DNA from: Paragordius varius
Taxonomy: Eukaryota > Animalia > Nematomorpha
Assembly: GCA_964247055.1 (NCBI GenBank)
Contig: OZ176053.1
Span: 4,216,001-4,280,000 of the forward strand
Direction: 5' to 3'
Length of the DNA stretch: 64,000 bases
Shown here: piece after piece, positions 14,149 through 27,625 of the stretch
How positions within the stretch are numbered: position 1 is the stretch's first letter
How the letters are laid out: the number at the start of each line of letters is the position of its first letter
Notes under the pieces: generated by a model
Told to the model about the DNA's origin: nothing
Seen by the model: the letters and a program-made list of their open reading frames with translations, nothing else
Databases searched by the model: none
Made by a program: the position numbers and the translations under genes

Positions 14149-14797
14149 CTTGTAAATTTTATTAATATTGAAATTTTATTTTAATTATATTTTATGATTA
14201 TTTTCTTTTGTTGATAGTTAATCCATTGAAAAAGATATTACAATGTACCGAAAATTTGGGATATAGTTTAGTTTAATAAATTTTATGAGATTCAATTATT
14301 ATTTTAACAATTTATGTTATTATATTTAACTTCATTAATTCAATAGGTCTTAATATTCTCCAAAACGCTTTTCAAAAAACATTATAATGCGCATAAATAA
14401 CATATTAGATACATTCTATAATAAAACTGTTTAACAATTTAACAAATAATAACATAAGTAGCATTTCACTAAGATCGGTAGGATATGGGGAATACAAATT
14501 TATTTTTTCAATTTGCTTGTCCAAAAACCATAAGATTTTTATAATATAAAGAAACTTTTTACAAAATAAACGCTTAAATGAGAACCACAATTCTGATTCT
14601 TATGCATGAAATACGCATGGCTTAAAACAGCGATATGTGACCCAAACCTGTTATTTCCTCAAAAATGGTCAAAAATAATAAAATTTTATAGATCTTTTCC
14701 CTAAATCGTAAAAAACCATTTTTAGAGTTTAACAAATGGTCATAATAGGTCAAAATGTTAGTGTATTGAGATCAATAAAAATACTGATTTATATATA

Positions 14798-15417
14798 CCA
14801 TTTGCACTTCAATGTCCTTGAACACTCAAGTTGGTCCTTGAACATTTCAAGTGGGTCCTTCACTTCAAATTGGTCACACTTTAAGTTCGTCCTTGGACAC
14901 TTCTAGTTGGTCCTTAAACACTTTAAGTTGGTCCTTAAAATTTTTAAAATTTGATTTTAGTATAATTTTTGCATATATTTTTTTTATTTTATTATTTTTG
15001 AACCTAATTTCTTTATTTATAATATATTTATACATTTAAAAATAAAAAAATTTGTACAACTTTTTTGTTTCAACCTAATTTTTTTCCAATTTAACAAAAT
15101 AATGTTTTCAATGAAATATAAATAACAACCCAGAAAATTTATTTATTTTCTTGTTTCATGTTAAAATCTTATATATATCCGAAATAATTTTAAGAAATTA
15201 ATAAAGATATACGGTTTTTGATTCAAGTTGATATTGATTTAAAATTTATCGTAAATATAGGTTAAAAACGATAAAATATATGAATGATATACGATTTGAT
15301 TGATAAAAGTCAAAAGCAACAAAAAAAATCAAGACCAACTTGAAATGTTCAAGGACCAATTTGAGGTGTTCAAGGACCAACTTGAAGTGTTCAAGGACAC
15401 TCTTCAAGTGCAAATGG
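14798..15417. mobile_element. TA-flanked foldback element with modular TIRs built from ~21-bp tandem repeats
   Basis: TA|CCATTTGCAC at 14798 and GTGCAAATGG|TA at 15417. The unit TTCAAGTTGGTCCTTGAACAC repeats about 6-7 times at 14810-14940 and about 4 times inverted at 15330-15400. Confidence 0.85.
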
Positions 15418-17330
15418 TACATCCTATATAAATACGCTTGCGTTGAACAATTTTTAATAAAAATATTTTAAAAAAAACAATTTTGGAGGTTTGAAGCTAA
15501 AGAAATTAATATTAACAAAGATCGATATGGAGTCGAACTGTTCAAATTTATAACAAAAACATGTTGCATGTGAAACTATTTCGCATTTATTTTTTTTCAC
15601 AACCCAAATTATTGTATTTCGATAAGAATTTTAGATAGCAATATCACAAGGAGTATTTATTTAAAAATGCTAATTAAGTTTTAATATGTAACCAAAATTA
15701 ATCTGAAATTCGACGCAAATCGAAAATGTAATTTTTCAGGGCAGCTTGCTCTAAATAAGGGGTGCTCAAACGCTTTTTTTTGACATAAAAGTGCTTTAAA
15801 ATTGTTAAATGAAAAAATATATTTAAATATAATTTTAGGATTATTTAGAGGTATCATTAAAATAATTTAAAAAATACAAAAACTATCAAAACAGTCCGCG
15901 TAGATGTGTATGTTGGAGGCCCTGCTCAAAATATATAACCATCTTATTTTATAATTTTATATATTATAAAAATTTGAGGCATCTAGAAAATGTATAGCTC
16001 ATAAAATTTTATAGTCGATATTTTTCGTCATTTTGAAATTCAACAATCATAGTCGAGCCACTTTTTAATTAACCTATGATGTGTCCCAGCCCGTGTTAGC
16101 ATTCACAATAATTATAGAAAATCATTTGTCGTAAAAATAAAATGTCTCCCACATTTAGAATGGCTAAAATTCTTAAAATTCATTTATAAATAAGTCAATT
16201 ATAGTCGAAATTTTTAGGTCTTTAATCATATCCCCCTTAACTTTAGCGTGTACAAAAGACAGAGTCCCCCAAAATTTTTTGTTATTTTACCAAAAAAAGT
16301 ATGAGTATGTACATTAAATGATGAAAAAATATTTTAAACGTATAGTCTTTTAAGAATTTAATTATGGCTGTTATACACTGATTGAAACCTGTTTTTTGAA
16401 TAAACTCTGTGTTAAGCATCTCATGTATAAAACATGCAAGCATTCAAGAGTTCATAATCTCCAGTTGTTTTAAAACAACACATGTTGTTCAAGAAAACGC
16501 AAAAACCCTAGATAACGAGATAAATTTTTGTAAAAATAGACCACTTCTATTGCCTAAGGCAGGTCCGTTTATTTCTAATAATTAATTTTTTATTTGTTAA
16601 TTCACCGATATTGGTAAGACCCCCTTTTTAGTTCTGCGTTTAGCCCCACTTCATGTAAAATTAGCGTTTTTTTCAAAATACTAAATCCTCAAATTATTTT
16701 TTTATTTTAAGGGATTCGGAAGACATATGAAACGAGATTAAGCCATTAATAGGATTAGATGTAACTTTTAAAAAGGCGTCGATTATAATACACTTTTTTG
16801 TTAGACACCGTCCTATGTAAAGTATGCGTCCACATAAAATAATGTGGATTTTTACCAAATTTCCAGAGATTTATTTAAATTCAATTATGGCCATCTAAAT
16901 TAGTAAATAGGACCATCATAGAATAACTTTTTTAAATATCCCGTCTTGAATACCTACAGTCTTAAAAAACATAGAAAAAATTCGGGAAAATTGTATACTA
17001 ATTAATTTTGGCCATTTTTATTACCTTAAAAAAGCCTTCTAGGTTTAATCACTTTTGTGATTTAGATCATGTTTACTGCCTCACAATCCGTATAAATACG
17101 TATCCATTAAAAAATACTATAGCATTTAATTTTTTTAGGATAATATACAAAGACAAATGGCTTAAGGGGTGGGGCGCCGGACTTTTTATGTCTTATGTGA
17201 CAGAGTTAGGATCCCGCATCTGCGCTTTTTTTATTATTAACACTGTTAGCCCTAGGCAGGCGAGAGTTAATGTTTTCATGGATCCCTAGCATACAATTTT
17301 TATTCTTCTTGAAAAAAATTTACTCTAAAC

Positions 17331-17570
17331 TGTACTATATAAAAATGTGTCTGATAGTTTTTTAAAATTGTTAACAAAGCAAAATGGCGACATAATCAAA
17401 ATAAACGAAAATTAAGTATGAATGTGGTTAAGACTATTTTAATTTTATGTTTAATTATAACATTTTTTTGCATTTTTTCATCTAGAGTTTACTATAAAAA
17501 TATTTTAACCAGCCGATTCAATAATCATTGTTTCGACTTAGTCACACTGAAGCGTGACATCCTATAGTAG
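17331..17570 (+). mobile_element. Short degenerate non-autonomous Helitron
   Basis: Helitron-like 5' end TGTACTATATAAAAATG. 3' hairpin GTCAC...GTGAC (17541-17558) followed by GTAG|T. The 3' end resembles 61325-61356. Confidence 0.5.
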
Positions 17571-17860
17571 TTAATAAAAAAATATTCTCATTTTTCTAAA
17601 AAGTTAATTAGTGCTGCTTTATTCATGAGTATAAACAACAATGTATCAATAATTTACTTACGATAAAACCATTTCTTGCGTATTCAGGTAAACGGCAAAG
17701 ATAGTTTCTGCTGATATATAATAAAAAGTAATATATAATTTTATAAAGAACCAAAAATTTATTAATAAAAATTTAACATTTCAGATTATTATATAATAGT
17801 TGATTAATGACAAGGCAAACAAATATACCATGAGAATTCGCTATTTTTCTAACTATTTTT

Positions 17861-18893
17861 CACTGTGCACAAATCGGGTGGTATAAAATATCCTGAATAG
17901 TCTGATAGATAAATGTATCAGGAATAATCTTTTTAAGATAATTGGTCCATATCAAAAAATCGCATTGAACACATTATGCAAAATAAAAATTTTTTGATGA
18001 AAGCATTTTTCTAAAGCTTTGGTTTGATATAGCCTCTAAAAGTCCGAAATTTTCGGAGTGTCTAAATGAAGTTTTCTTAAAATAAAGGCAATATATATTA
18101 TTCCTAAAAAATGGATATTATGTCTTAAAATTTAATTTATAGCAAAATTTTGAAACGAGAATAAAGGATTTTTGAAGTTTGGAACGGTATTATTTTAAAA
18201 TTATTATTAAGACACTTTTTCGATATAATTCGATGATGCTGAACATTATTATCCCCTCAGATCTTTTACAAAATGTGTTTGGCTTCAAATTTTAAATTAT
18301 TCTTTTGATAACACAAAATATAATTTACATTTGTCTACACACATCTTTTAATCTAAAATCTGAGGTGATAGAAATGTTCAACATCATCATATTATGTAGA
18401 AAAAGTTTTCTACCGCTTCTAATAAATACTTAAACTCGCTTTACCAAAGTTTTGCCATAAATTTAATTTTTGAGCAAAGTACCCATTTTTTGTTGTCAAA
18501 ATTTAACACATAATAAAATTTTTGTGGCAATATCGGCATTTTTGCGCTTTGTTTAAAATGGCTTTCCCATCAGACGGGTTTAAAATATGAGACTTCGGAA
18601 CCAACATTTAAAATTACATAAATATATTTTGCTTTTTATACATAGTATGTGATATGTTATATTGAAATTTTTTGGAATGAAACATATAGCTTTCACAAAA
18701 AAAATTTTATTTATCAAAATGTGCGCAAATTTTGGCATTTTCGTACATGGAGCAATTACCACAAAAGTTATAATAACTTTCTTATTTGATTCGTAAAGCC
18801 CAAAACAAAAGCACATCATTACCTGATATTTTTATCTATCAGAGTATATGTATTTTATTTGGAGATCTATACCCCCCGATTTTGTGCTGAGTG
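17861..18893. mobile_element. Foldback/MITE family A copy
   Basis: Left end CACTGTGCACAAATCGGGTGGTA...CTGATAGATAAATGTATCAGG; right end CCTGATATTTTTATCTATCAG...TACCCCCCGATTTTGTGCTGAGTG|TA. The interior is also imperfectly palindromic. Confidence 0.8.
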
Positions 18894-20569
18894 TATAGCC
18901 CACTGATATTTATGTTTGCACCTAGCATAATAAAAAAATTAATGCATAAATCTCAACTATTTGCGTTTATTTTGAGCATCCCTCATTTTATCGTTTTAAA
19001 AAATATGTTATTTTTGGATTTAAAAAAATAAATATAAATTACTTTGCTTTTGAATATAATATTAAAACATATTAACAAAGATAGTTTTAAGTTAAATTCC
19101 GCTTTTCCGTGGAATAATTATAAAAGAGGTTGAAAAAAAATTTAATTAAGATGCCAAACAAATCAACCATGAGATTTTACGATTTTATATCAATTTATTT
19201 TACCAAAGAGTTTTTATATTAAGTTCTTTAGCTAATGTCAAATGTTTTACGGTGCAAATGTAATAGTTCCGTCAATGTGCCTAGAAATGTATGGCTAATA
19301 TTTAAATATACCAAATCAGTTTTTAGCCTCTTAAATCAAACATACGTCATGTTTGCTGAAACATTATAATGCAGTTGTTGCAATTCGGTCTACCCGAACC
19401 CCTAATTACTGTATGAATAAATAATTTTTTCCGATTTAAGTCAAGGATTATAATAATTCAAAATAGCTTATGTAATTATATAATTCAAAACTTTTGGATT
19501 CACTTTTATGTACATTATACTACATTCAATTTTAATAATTTTAAAATAACAGCCATTATAGTTTTATTAAATGTTTTGTACCTGATAAAATGAGGATTAT
19601 GAGAATAAATTTCATAAGATAATTGATTATATGCAACCAAACTTAATTTATAAAAATATACCAAAAATAAATATATTTTTTTCATAAACGTTACAGATAT
19701 CTACAGTATGATTTGTATTATTTTGATTTGATGAAAAGCAAACATTGTAAACTTTTATGTCGCTCTTTGGCAATCACTGATAATGACAATTTGATCGTTA
19801 GAGCAAAACAACTTTTATAAATTAATTAATTTAATTTTTTAGTAAATATTGTTATTTTTACGCATAAACCGATTGTTTATATAAGAAAAAAGAATAAATG
19901 TTATTTTTATTGTTTACAACAACCAGGGAATACAGTCGTCGTCTTGTGAGTTAATGACATTGAGAAACGCATCTTTTTTCGCATTGTGGTTATGGTTCAA
20001 TGCCTTGAAACAACTAATGAAAGAATATAGATACGACCTTTTTATGATATTTCGCGGTTTCGATTACAATTAATATTTGTAATTCCTATAGATAGCGACC
20101 TAATCGAGCATATAAAGAGATAAATTTTAACGTAAATTTTTTATTTTATATAAATAAAATAGAGAAAACACATTTGAAAAGTAGACATAAAAATCCTATT
20201 GGTTTTTCAAATACAAAACGTTATCTCTCTAATGCAAAATTATACTGAAAAATTTGTTAACATTGGCGGATTATAAAATGAAAACTTGCTAAATAAGCAG
20301 ATTATTTGGAACCGTTGTTAATTTCTTCATTTTTTATCCAAGATCTAAATATTAATTAAAAAGTTTAACAAACTTCAACCAAAATTTATTCAATGTTCGC
20401 TCTGATATATTATTTAAAATAAATATTTTATGGAAAATAAGTATAAACAAGGTTTGCGATTTGACCGTCGTTCCCAAACTATACCAAAAATTAAATACGA
20501 TTTGCTTACATAATTTATACAATATCTCCTTCGTTAATTTAGAAGAGTTTTTGAAATAAATTTTACTTA

Positions 20570-21090
20570 TCTATATATTTATAAAAATGGAAAGTAGTGG
20601 CGTTGTGATCTGTTTCCGGAAAACCGGTAGATTTATTCAAATCCAAATATCGAAAAATATAATTATTAATGAATGCCCCGACAATAGTCTCGCCCTTTTT
20701 TGAATTAGGTCCCCAGTTGCCCCCCGTAAAAGAAACGGGTTTTATTTAAAAACAGAAGTCCAAAAAAATCGTGTCTTTGAGACAATTTTTCCGAAAACGT
20801 GTTGGACCATTCGGTTTTACATATAATTTCTTTTTACTTATTTTCGATTGGGCCAAACATAGTCGTTTAGGGCCACTTTTTACCTACTCGCCCCGTAAAA
20901 TGTCATTTTCAAAAATTATATCCACAAAAATAATTTTTTGAATCTATTTTTCGCCCAAAGTAGGAGACCGTAAAAATTCTGTAAGGATTCCAGATATTGC
21001 CGTTTAAAAGGTAAAAACTTTAGTCGTGCGTTTCTTTTTTATTAGCTGCTGGGTAGGGAGCTACCCGCCTAAAACTGCGGCACTATATCG
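20570..21090 (+). mobile_element. Non-autonomous Helitron family B copy
   Basis: A|TCTATATATTTATAAAAATGG 5' end and ~400 bp of clear similarity to 37436-37850. It continues into one unit of the motif that forms the tandem array at 59.9-61.1 kb (ATTAGCTGCTGGGTAGGG). The 3' end is not recognisable. Confidence 0.75.
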
Positions 21091-21134
21091 AAATTTCGTT
21101 GTTTAGGAGTTTTTTTTAGAAAACTAAACGTTTA

Positions 21135-21470
21135 ATATGGGGGCCATCACAAAATCATTAGAATCAAGATTAAAAAGAACGGAAGACAGAATGCTAAAAC
21201 ATATGAAGATAGATACTACCTAAATGAACTAGAACCAATAATAGCGTTTATCAGAACAAATGGACTTCGTTACTTTGGCCACATAGATAGATCTAGTAAA
21301 GGCTCATCTGCTGAAAAAATTCTTTTACATATCCATGCCTCCAACTCAAAAGAAGGGCCTAAAACTTGAACTCGAATCATAGAACAAGATTTTATATCCC
21401 TGAACATACCTCGAAACGCAACAATAGATAGAGATATATAGCGTAAATTAATCCATGGAATCCTAGTATC
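21135..21470 (+). mobile_element. RTE-like LINE 3' remnant (C-terminal end of the RT ORF, pseudogenised)
   Basis: Translation AITKSLESRLKRTEDRMLK / FIRTNGLRYFGHIDR...EGPKT*TRIIEQD...IDRDI*RKLI matches the RTE-clade pattern RLRWFGHVxR...TW...DRxxWR; the stops sit where Trp codons are expected. Confidence 0.7.
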
Positions 21471-21693
21471 TGAGCCAAACCAATTATACCTATATTAATT
21501 TATTTTTACGTTTGACAAAAATCACTTGAAGTAATCAGAAATTCACTTGAATAAATTGATATAATTATAGCAGAATTATATCCCAATATTAATATATTAT
21601 TTATTGCCTTTACATATCTAATAATTATATAAATATCATTAACTAATCGTCTAACTAAAATCCCAATTTTATTTAAAACCATTTGGCCTTCTA

Positions 21694-23684
21694 TCAAAAT
21701 GCATATAGTTTGTCATAATAGCCAACTATAAACATGGGATGTTTTCGATCCCAAATATCAAAAATTATTGATTTAGCATTAGTATTAGCGTGCTGAGGAG
21801 TTTCACTTAAAGCAGGGCATTGCGTAAAAGTTGCAGGTTTTGACCGAATTATATCCTTAAAATCTCTGGCAATTTTCGGTCCAAGCAAACAACCACCAAT
21901 AAAAATGGGTACAGGGGGTGTTATAAAATGTTTCCGATCTATGAGAAAACTCAAACTAGGATGTTCCAAACTATTATTGGGTTCAATCAAATCCGAAAGA
22001 TGATTAATGCATGATGATGATGGTGTTGTTGAAATTGTATGACCATTTTCTAACAAAATGTCTGAACTGGTGTGGGAATATGACTTTTGTGAATTGGCAG
22101 AATTTATCTTGGAATTATAATCTTTTTCAATGTGCAAACAATTGAGTAAGGTACCACCCCATAAATCCCATATGCGAACAGTTTGATCCGTACAACCTAG
22201 AAAAGCCCAAAATAATATATTAAATTTATTTATAAATAATCGAAGTTTTAGAACATAATTTAGATATTAGTGTAAAAATTATAACTAATTGATATAAAAG
22301 GTTAAAAGTTGTGCCAATTTTCCCACTTTTCGATTAAGATATGATGTGATATGTAGCAAGCTTATAATATATATAATGTACCGCAATATAATATCCCAAT
22401 ATCAAGATCAAAGTTTATTTTGATGTATTTGTGATTATTCTGATGTTCTGGATATTGTAACACCATACATTTCAAACCAATATCCCACATAAGCAACTAA
22501 AGAATTATATATAATATAAAGAATATATTTAATTATTTGCAATATCAAATGGTTTAAACTTTAAAAGAACTCTTATTGATGTAAAAATAATACATTTTAT
22601 ATCAAATATAAATGCAAAATCTTTTGGTCAATTATTTCTATCGTAATTTTTAATAATTACTTTATCTCCATAATGTGATGTTAAAAGCAAGTTGGGGTAT
22701 TTGGGTAAAAATTTGAGATCACACACCGAATATATGGAGTTTGAGGCCTCTTTTTCTTTATTTTGACCGATTTTCGAATTCTTCAAGATTGGGCGATATA
22801 TGGCATTATGTGTATTAAGCGTAGCATAAAGAAATACTGAATATATTTTTAAGGGTGCGGATGACAATTTAAAACCTAAAATTTCGATAGAGCCGTTTCG
22901 GGTACCCCTTGTAAAATGATAAAAATACAAGGTATATCAAAATTTTAACATTAAACATATATAATACATGAAACAAATTTTATTTTTAAGTATCACATTG
23001 ATTGAAGTTAAATGTTAACTACAATTAAAATTAATATTGGCCAAAGTTATTAAAAAATGCGGACAAAATTTCAGTGTAGATATACTTACAACGCCAACAT
23101 CTCGCCGGTCGTAGAAAATTCCATGGAAAGTACGTCACTAAACATAGGATCTCCCCTAATATATAATTTAAATGGGTATAAATATTATAATTAACATTAA
23201 TCATTTTAAAATAATATTGTTTGATTTTTACTGTTTTTTATTGTTTGATTTGGAATTTTTCCTATTCCAAACATATAAGAGGGGGCATTGATTCCGAGAA
23301 AGATGTGAAATTCCAATAAAGTGAACAATGTAACGATTAACACAAGCCAAAATTGGTTTGATTGGATTGACGCAAAATGCATCGATACTTTCTGCGTTTG
23401 AATATGCATATTTTTAGATGTTTTTTTTTCGTAAATGAAACATATAATTTTACTGTTTTAAATTTTAATCCCTGAGCGTTTTTACATATTCTTTTCTTAG
23501 GAAAAAAAGCTTCCAATATATGAAAAAAAATGCAAAAATACGGCTGTAGCTTAAATTTTACAGCTTATTAGAAATTATTAGATTGTATTATATCCAAATA
23601 ATAATTGTATGAATTGAATTAAGCTAAATAAAATAGAATCCAAAATAATTTAACGGTAAGATCAAATAATTTAGCTTTCCCCAA

Positions 23685-23731
<47 letters not shown>

Positions 23732-24505
23732 ACTAAATCGTTTGGTAATCAAGTAGGGCGCGTGTAAATGCCAATCAGAACACAAGAGTGCAGGATTAAA
23801 ATTTCTTTCCTTAGTTGTGATTTCAGCCTCGGGAGGATTTGATTCAGAATGGGATTGTAAACCGCAAGAGGAAACATAAAATCTAATATATTATATAAAA
23901 GAATACCTAAAGGGCTTATGGACCATAGGTGAAGTTTGATAATTATAGTCATAGAATTTTAAATTCATAAAGGAGTTAATAACTCTCAAGGTTTGAGGTC
24001 CGTCGCTAAATATTTTTGTTATGAAATACTTGTCATAAGGAAAAACTTTTTCTGCCGAATCTAGAAAACCCTCGTTATCCACTAAAGCGTTTGGCTTATT
24101 ATAATGATATTTTTCAGAAATATTCATTCCAAATGCTCTGCTGGTAGCTAAAACAATTAGGGAAATATACATATAATATAATCCAATCGAGGGGAAACAT
24201 ATATATCTTGAATATTTGTCCGTTTTTGAAATATTTCAGCAGATTTCAACTTAATACAACACTTAGTCCGAGGATATAAATTTGATAAAAGGCTATGAAG
24301 CAGTATTTGATTATTTGGAGTCGAATGAATATTTCTGACATAAATAATTTCTCTTTTATAAAAAAATAATACTGAGAAGGGACTTTTTGGGAATAAATTT
24401 TTTTTCTACGATTTCTTTTTTTGTGACATGAGTATTTTTTGGAAGCTTAAAATATCTTTTTTTATTGTGATCAAAATAAAAGCCAGGAATATCTGGTTCG
24501 GTCAT
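21694..24505 (-). CDS. DCAF4: DCAF4/WDR21-like WD40 protein (DDB1-CUL4 associated factor), ~597 aa. Exons: 24505-24373, 24350-24171, 24147-23907, 23882-23734, 23391-23232, 23155-23090, 22907-22661, 22496-22382, 22196-21694
   Basis: N-terminal IPGFYFDHNKKRYFKL motif; then SDVLSMEF...LALGTRNGSI, LLMWDIGLKCMVLQYPEHQN and GCTDQTVRIWDL. All eight GT-AG junctions preserve frame (1794 nt including stop). Confidence 0.8.
23689..23727. repeat. (TA)n microsatellite in DCAF4-like intron 4
   Basis: TA run starting a few nt after the donor site at 23733. Confidence 0.9.
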
Positions 24506-25582
24506 ATTATTTGCACATGTTTTAAGTGGACTGTGATATTTAACACTTGGAGTCAACACATTCAACTGGTCCGATTTAAATTAACACCACATTCATTTCA
24601 GTCTTTGATTTAAATTGGGATAGTTTGATACCGCACACCTGTTTAAAATTAAAAACTTGATAAAATATTGAAAGGAATCAAAACCATGGCAAAATTTTGC
24701 ATTTATTTAGCATCAATAAAGCGTATTATATAAAAATATTTATTCAAAAATACTTGATATTATTTAATTTTAAGGTAAAACCCAAAGGTAAAAAAGCTAC
24801 TTTTTCTATTTTTATCAATGTTAAATGTGAATAATAAAAAATTAGCTTTAATCTAAAAATTTAATGAACATGATATTTTGCAAAATTTTGTATTAAAATT
24901 TTATTTAATATTTTAGTTTATTTATAAAATTTGTATTAGGATGGGAGCATAAAGTTAAAATGGCACAGTTTCCTTTTGTAGTTTTTTTTAAAATACTTTA
25001 AATTTATTCTGGGGTATTTAGATACATTAATTTGTATCGAAGTGTTGGGAGTGACCCCGGCTTGCTTAAAAAATTTGGAATAAATGAAAACCATTCCAAA
25101 AACATTTAAAACCGAAATATAAATAGATATATTCACTTGATACTACAGCCTAGTAACTCAGTCAACATGACATTCTACGGCTAAATAAAAAATTCAAAAT
25201 ATACCACTTTTCTGATTATAATTATAATTTAAAAAATTAATTTTATAGCGTTAGCAAATAAAGCACATGCAAAGGAATATAAAAATGTCGTCATAGTTTG
25301 ATATGGATTTTTAAACTAAATTTTATTTAAATAATTTAGGTTATTTATTTTTATTGTGATAGAAAAATAAAATAATTTAAAACCGTCCCGTTCATAAGTT
25401 ATTTATACAATGATCTCGGGTCACTAGTTTTACCAATTTGAGCAAATGTTTGAATCATTATATATCAATAAAATGTTATAAAAATTTGATAAAAATAGTT
25501 TGATGTAATCATATTTATCAGTTTTTGCAAGATTGTCAAAAATTTGGCCATAAATTAGAAAGTTAAAAATGAAAATATAAAG

Positions 25583-27407
25583 CAGTGATACTCAAACCGC
25601 GGCCCGCGGGCCGCATGCGGCCCTAAGAGTGCTTTCAAATTGCCCTATGACCAAATTGATAAATAATTATTTTTTTTGATGAATTTTTAAAATACACATA
25701 AGCGAATTTTCACGTATTTTAATAATTTATTTTCTTAAAAGTTAATTTTGATAATTTTTATTTTTTACAATTTTAAAAGTAGAAAATTTTCCTATATTAA
25801 AATAATTATTTGGCACACTTTGTTTCTGTTTCTATTTTATTTTCTCTTCTATTTTAAAATTTTTATTGCATTTCTTTTTTGTAAAGCAAGCCTTTCACCA
25901 AAACTTGCATATTCTTTTCATTGCTATTTTACATCATTTTCTGATACTCATTTCCATAAAATATTTATCAAATCAACATCATTAAATTTCGTCCTGTTTT
26001 TTATAGCATATTCAAATTATATTCCTATTTTTTTGAAAAAATTTACATAATATTTAAACATATATTAAAAGGATGACATCTAATGCTAAAAAACGTACCG
26101 ATGAAAATCGTTCCTTTAAAAAAGAATCGGAAGAACATTTTTTTGTCGTTTTTAAAAAAATGTTGTTACCTGCCTTATATGTAAGGACCACATAATTATA
26201 AAAAATACAATATGGAAAAACATCTTAATGTGCGCTCTTCAGGATTTTGCAACGACAACATAATCAACGAGTATTTATTTTTACCAATGAATAATACCAC
26301 GAAAAGAAGTAATTTCCTAGAAATAATTAGCATTTTTTCGATAATAATGGCATATCTATGAAAAAATTGGCACAGATGGCTGTCCCCCTATCATTGGAAT
26401 AAGGATTTATTCCCCTTTTGAATAACAAATATAATTTGCAAATTTTATCCTTTTACTGCTTTATTCATCAGCAACTTGGTTTCGCGTATAAAAGATGAAT
26501 CACTCAATTCAGTAATAAAACGTTTGTGGATATAGTTAACCACATCCGTGGCAAAGAATTCAACGGCCGTAAATTCAAAAACCTTCTGAAAGATATCCAC
26601 GGTGAATTTGACCATATTTGTCCACCGCTGTGCGATGGCTTAGCCTTACCAAAGTATTAAATAGATTTTTTGTTTTAAGGCATAAAAATCTATTATTTAT
26701 AAATGATAACAGAAGGTTTGACGAGGAAAATAATAGTGACAAACAGTGGGTTTTATTAGCCTACCTTTGCGACATTACCGCGGAGGTTATCATTTAACAT
26801 TTTTATCTAATGAGATGAAATTCAGAATTAAGAAATATTAAAAATTTCTTAAAACTCGTTGAAAATCCATGGCATATGGATATATCCAATATTAAGCAAC
26901 TTGAGCATTTCGGTTTTGACAGGCGCATATCATTGAAGAATTCGTAGATCTTTTAATGATTTTAGGAGGCTCTATTAAGAGAATCGTGGGGAAGAAAGAT
27001 ATGTACGATTTTGGCAAGATGTGCCAAATACTGTTTTTCCTTCTTACACGTGTGAGGCGGCATGTTAAAAAATGAAGTATGTCAAGAATACATACAGAAA
27101 TCGCTTAACCGAGGATCATATGGACGACCTATTAAGATTGGCCTGTCATGAGGCGAAACTTGTCAAAAATTATGGTTAATCAAAATAAATGTTGTTATCA
27201 AAACATTTTTTTAAACTAATTGGTGCAAAACGAGTTTCTAGCTGGATTTACATGCGATCCGCAAAAAATTCATTGTGCTGATTTAGAGTATAAATATGTG
27301 CATATATGTCAAATAGCTATGGAATATTTGCCATTATAAGGTTCATGGCCCTCGAAAAAATAATATATTTTATTTGGCCCGTCAAATTTTTTTGGTGAGT
27401 ACCACTG
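25583..27407 (+). mobile_element. hAT DNA transposon (SPIN/GTF2IRD2-like transposase), internally deleted and decayed
   Basis: TIRs CAGTGATACTC / GAGTACCACTG, perfect 8-bp TSD ATATAAAG (25575-25582 and 27408-27415), and GCGGCCCGCGGGCCGCATGCGGCCC subterminal motifs. Broken transposase fragments include KRTDENRSFKKE...CLICK (~26090-26190) and KYVKNTYRNRLTEDHMDDLLRLA (~27075-27145). Confidence 0.92.
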
Positions 27408-27625
27408 ATATAAAGCAAAGAAAACGCCCCCGATGGTATTATTATATATAATCCGTAAGTCAATCAAAAACAAAAAATTTTTAAGAAAACAAACTTATAG
27501 TGGGAAATATTTCAGATTTCTCATTTTTCACCTTATATAAATCTTTAAAATTAATTTATTACAGTTGGTATTATATGCATATGAAACTTTTTTGACACGG
27601 TTTGTGTTTTGCACCGTAAAAAAGC

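Noticed and set aside
21506-21697. 63-aa ORF after the DCAF4-like stop
   Set aside because: The upstream exon already ends in a DCAF4-like C-terminus; this is probably 3' UTR.
23206-23409. 67-aa ORF from the track taken as the DCAF4-like exon
   Set aside because: Splice phases place the real exon (23391-23232) in a different frame.
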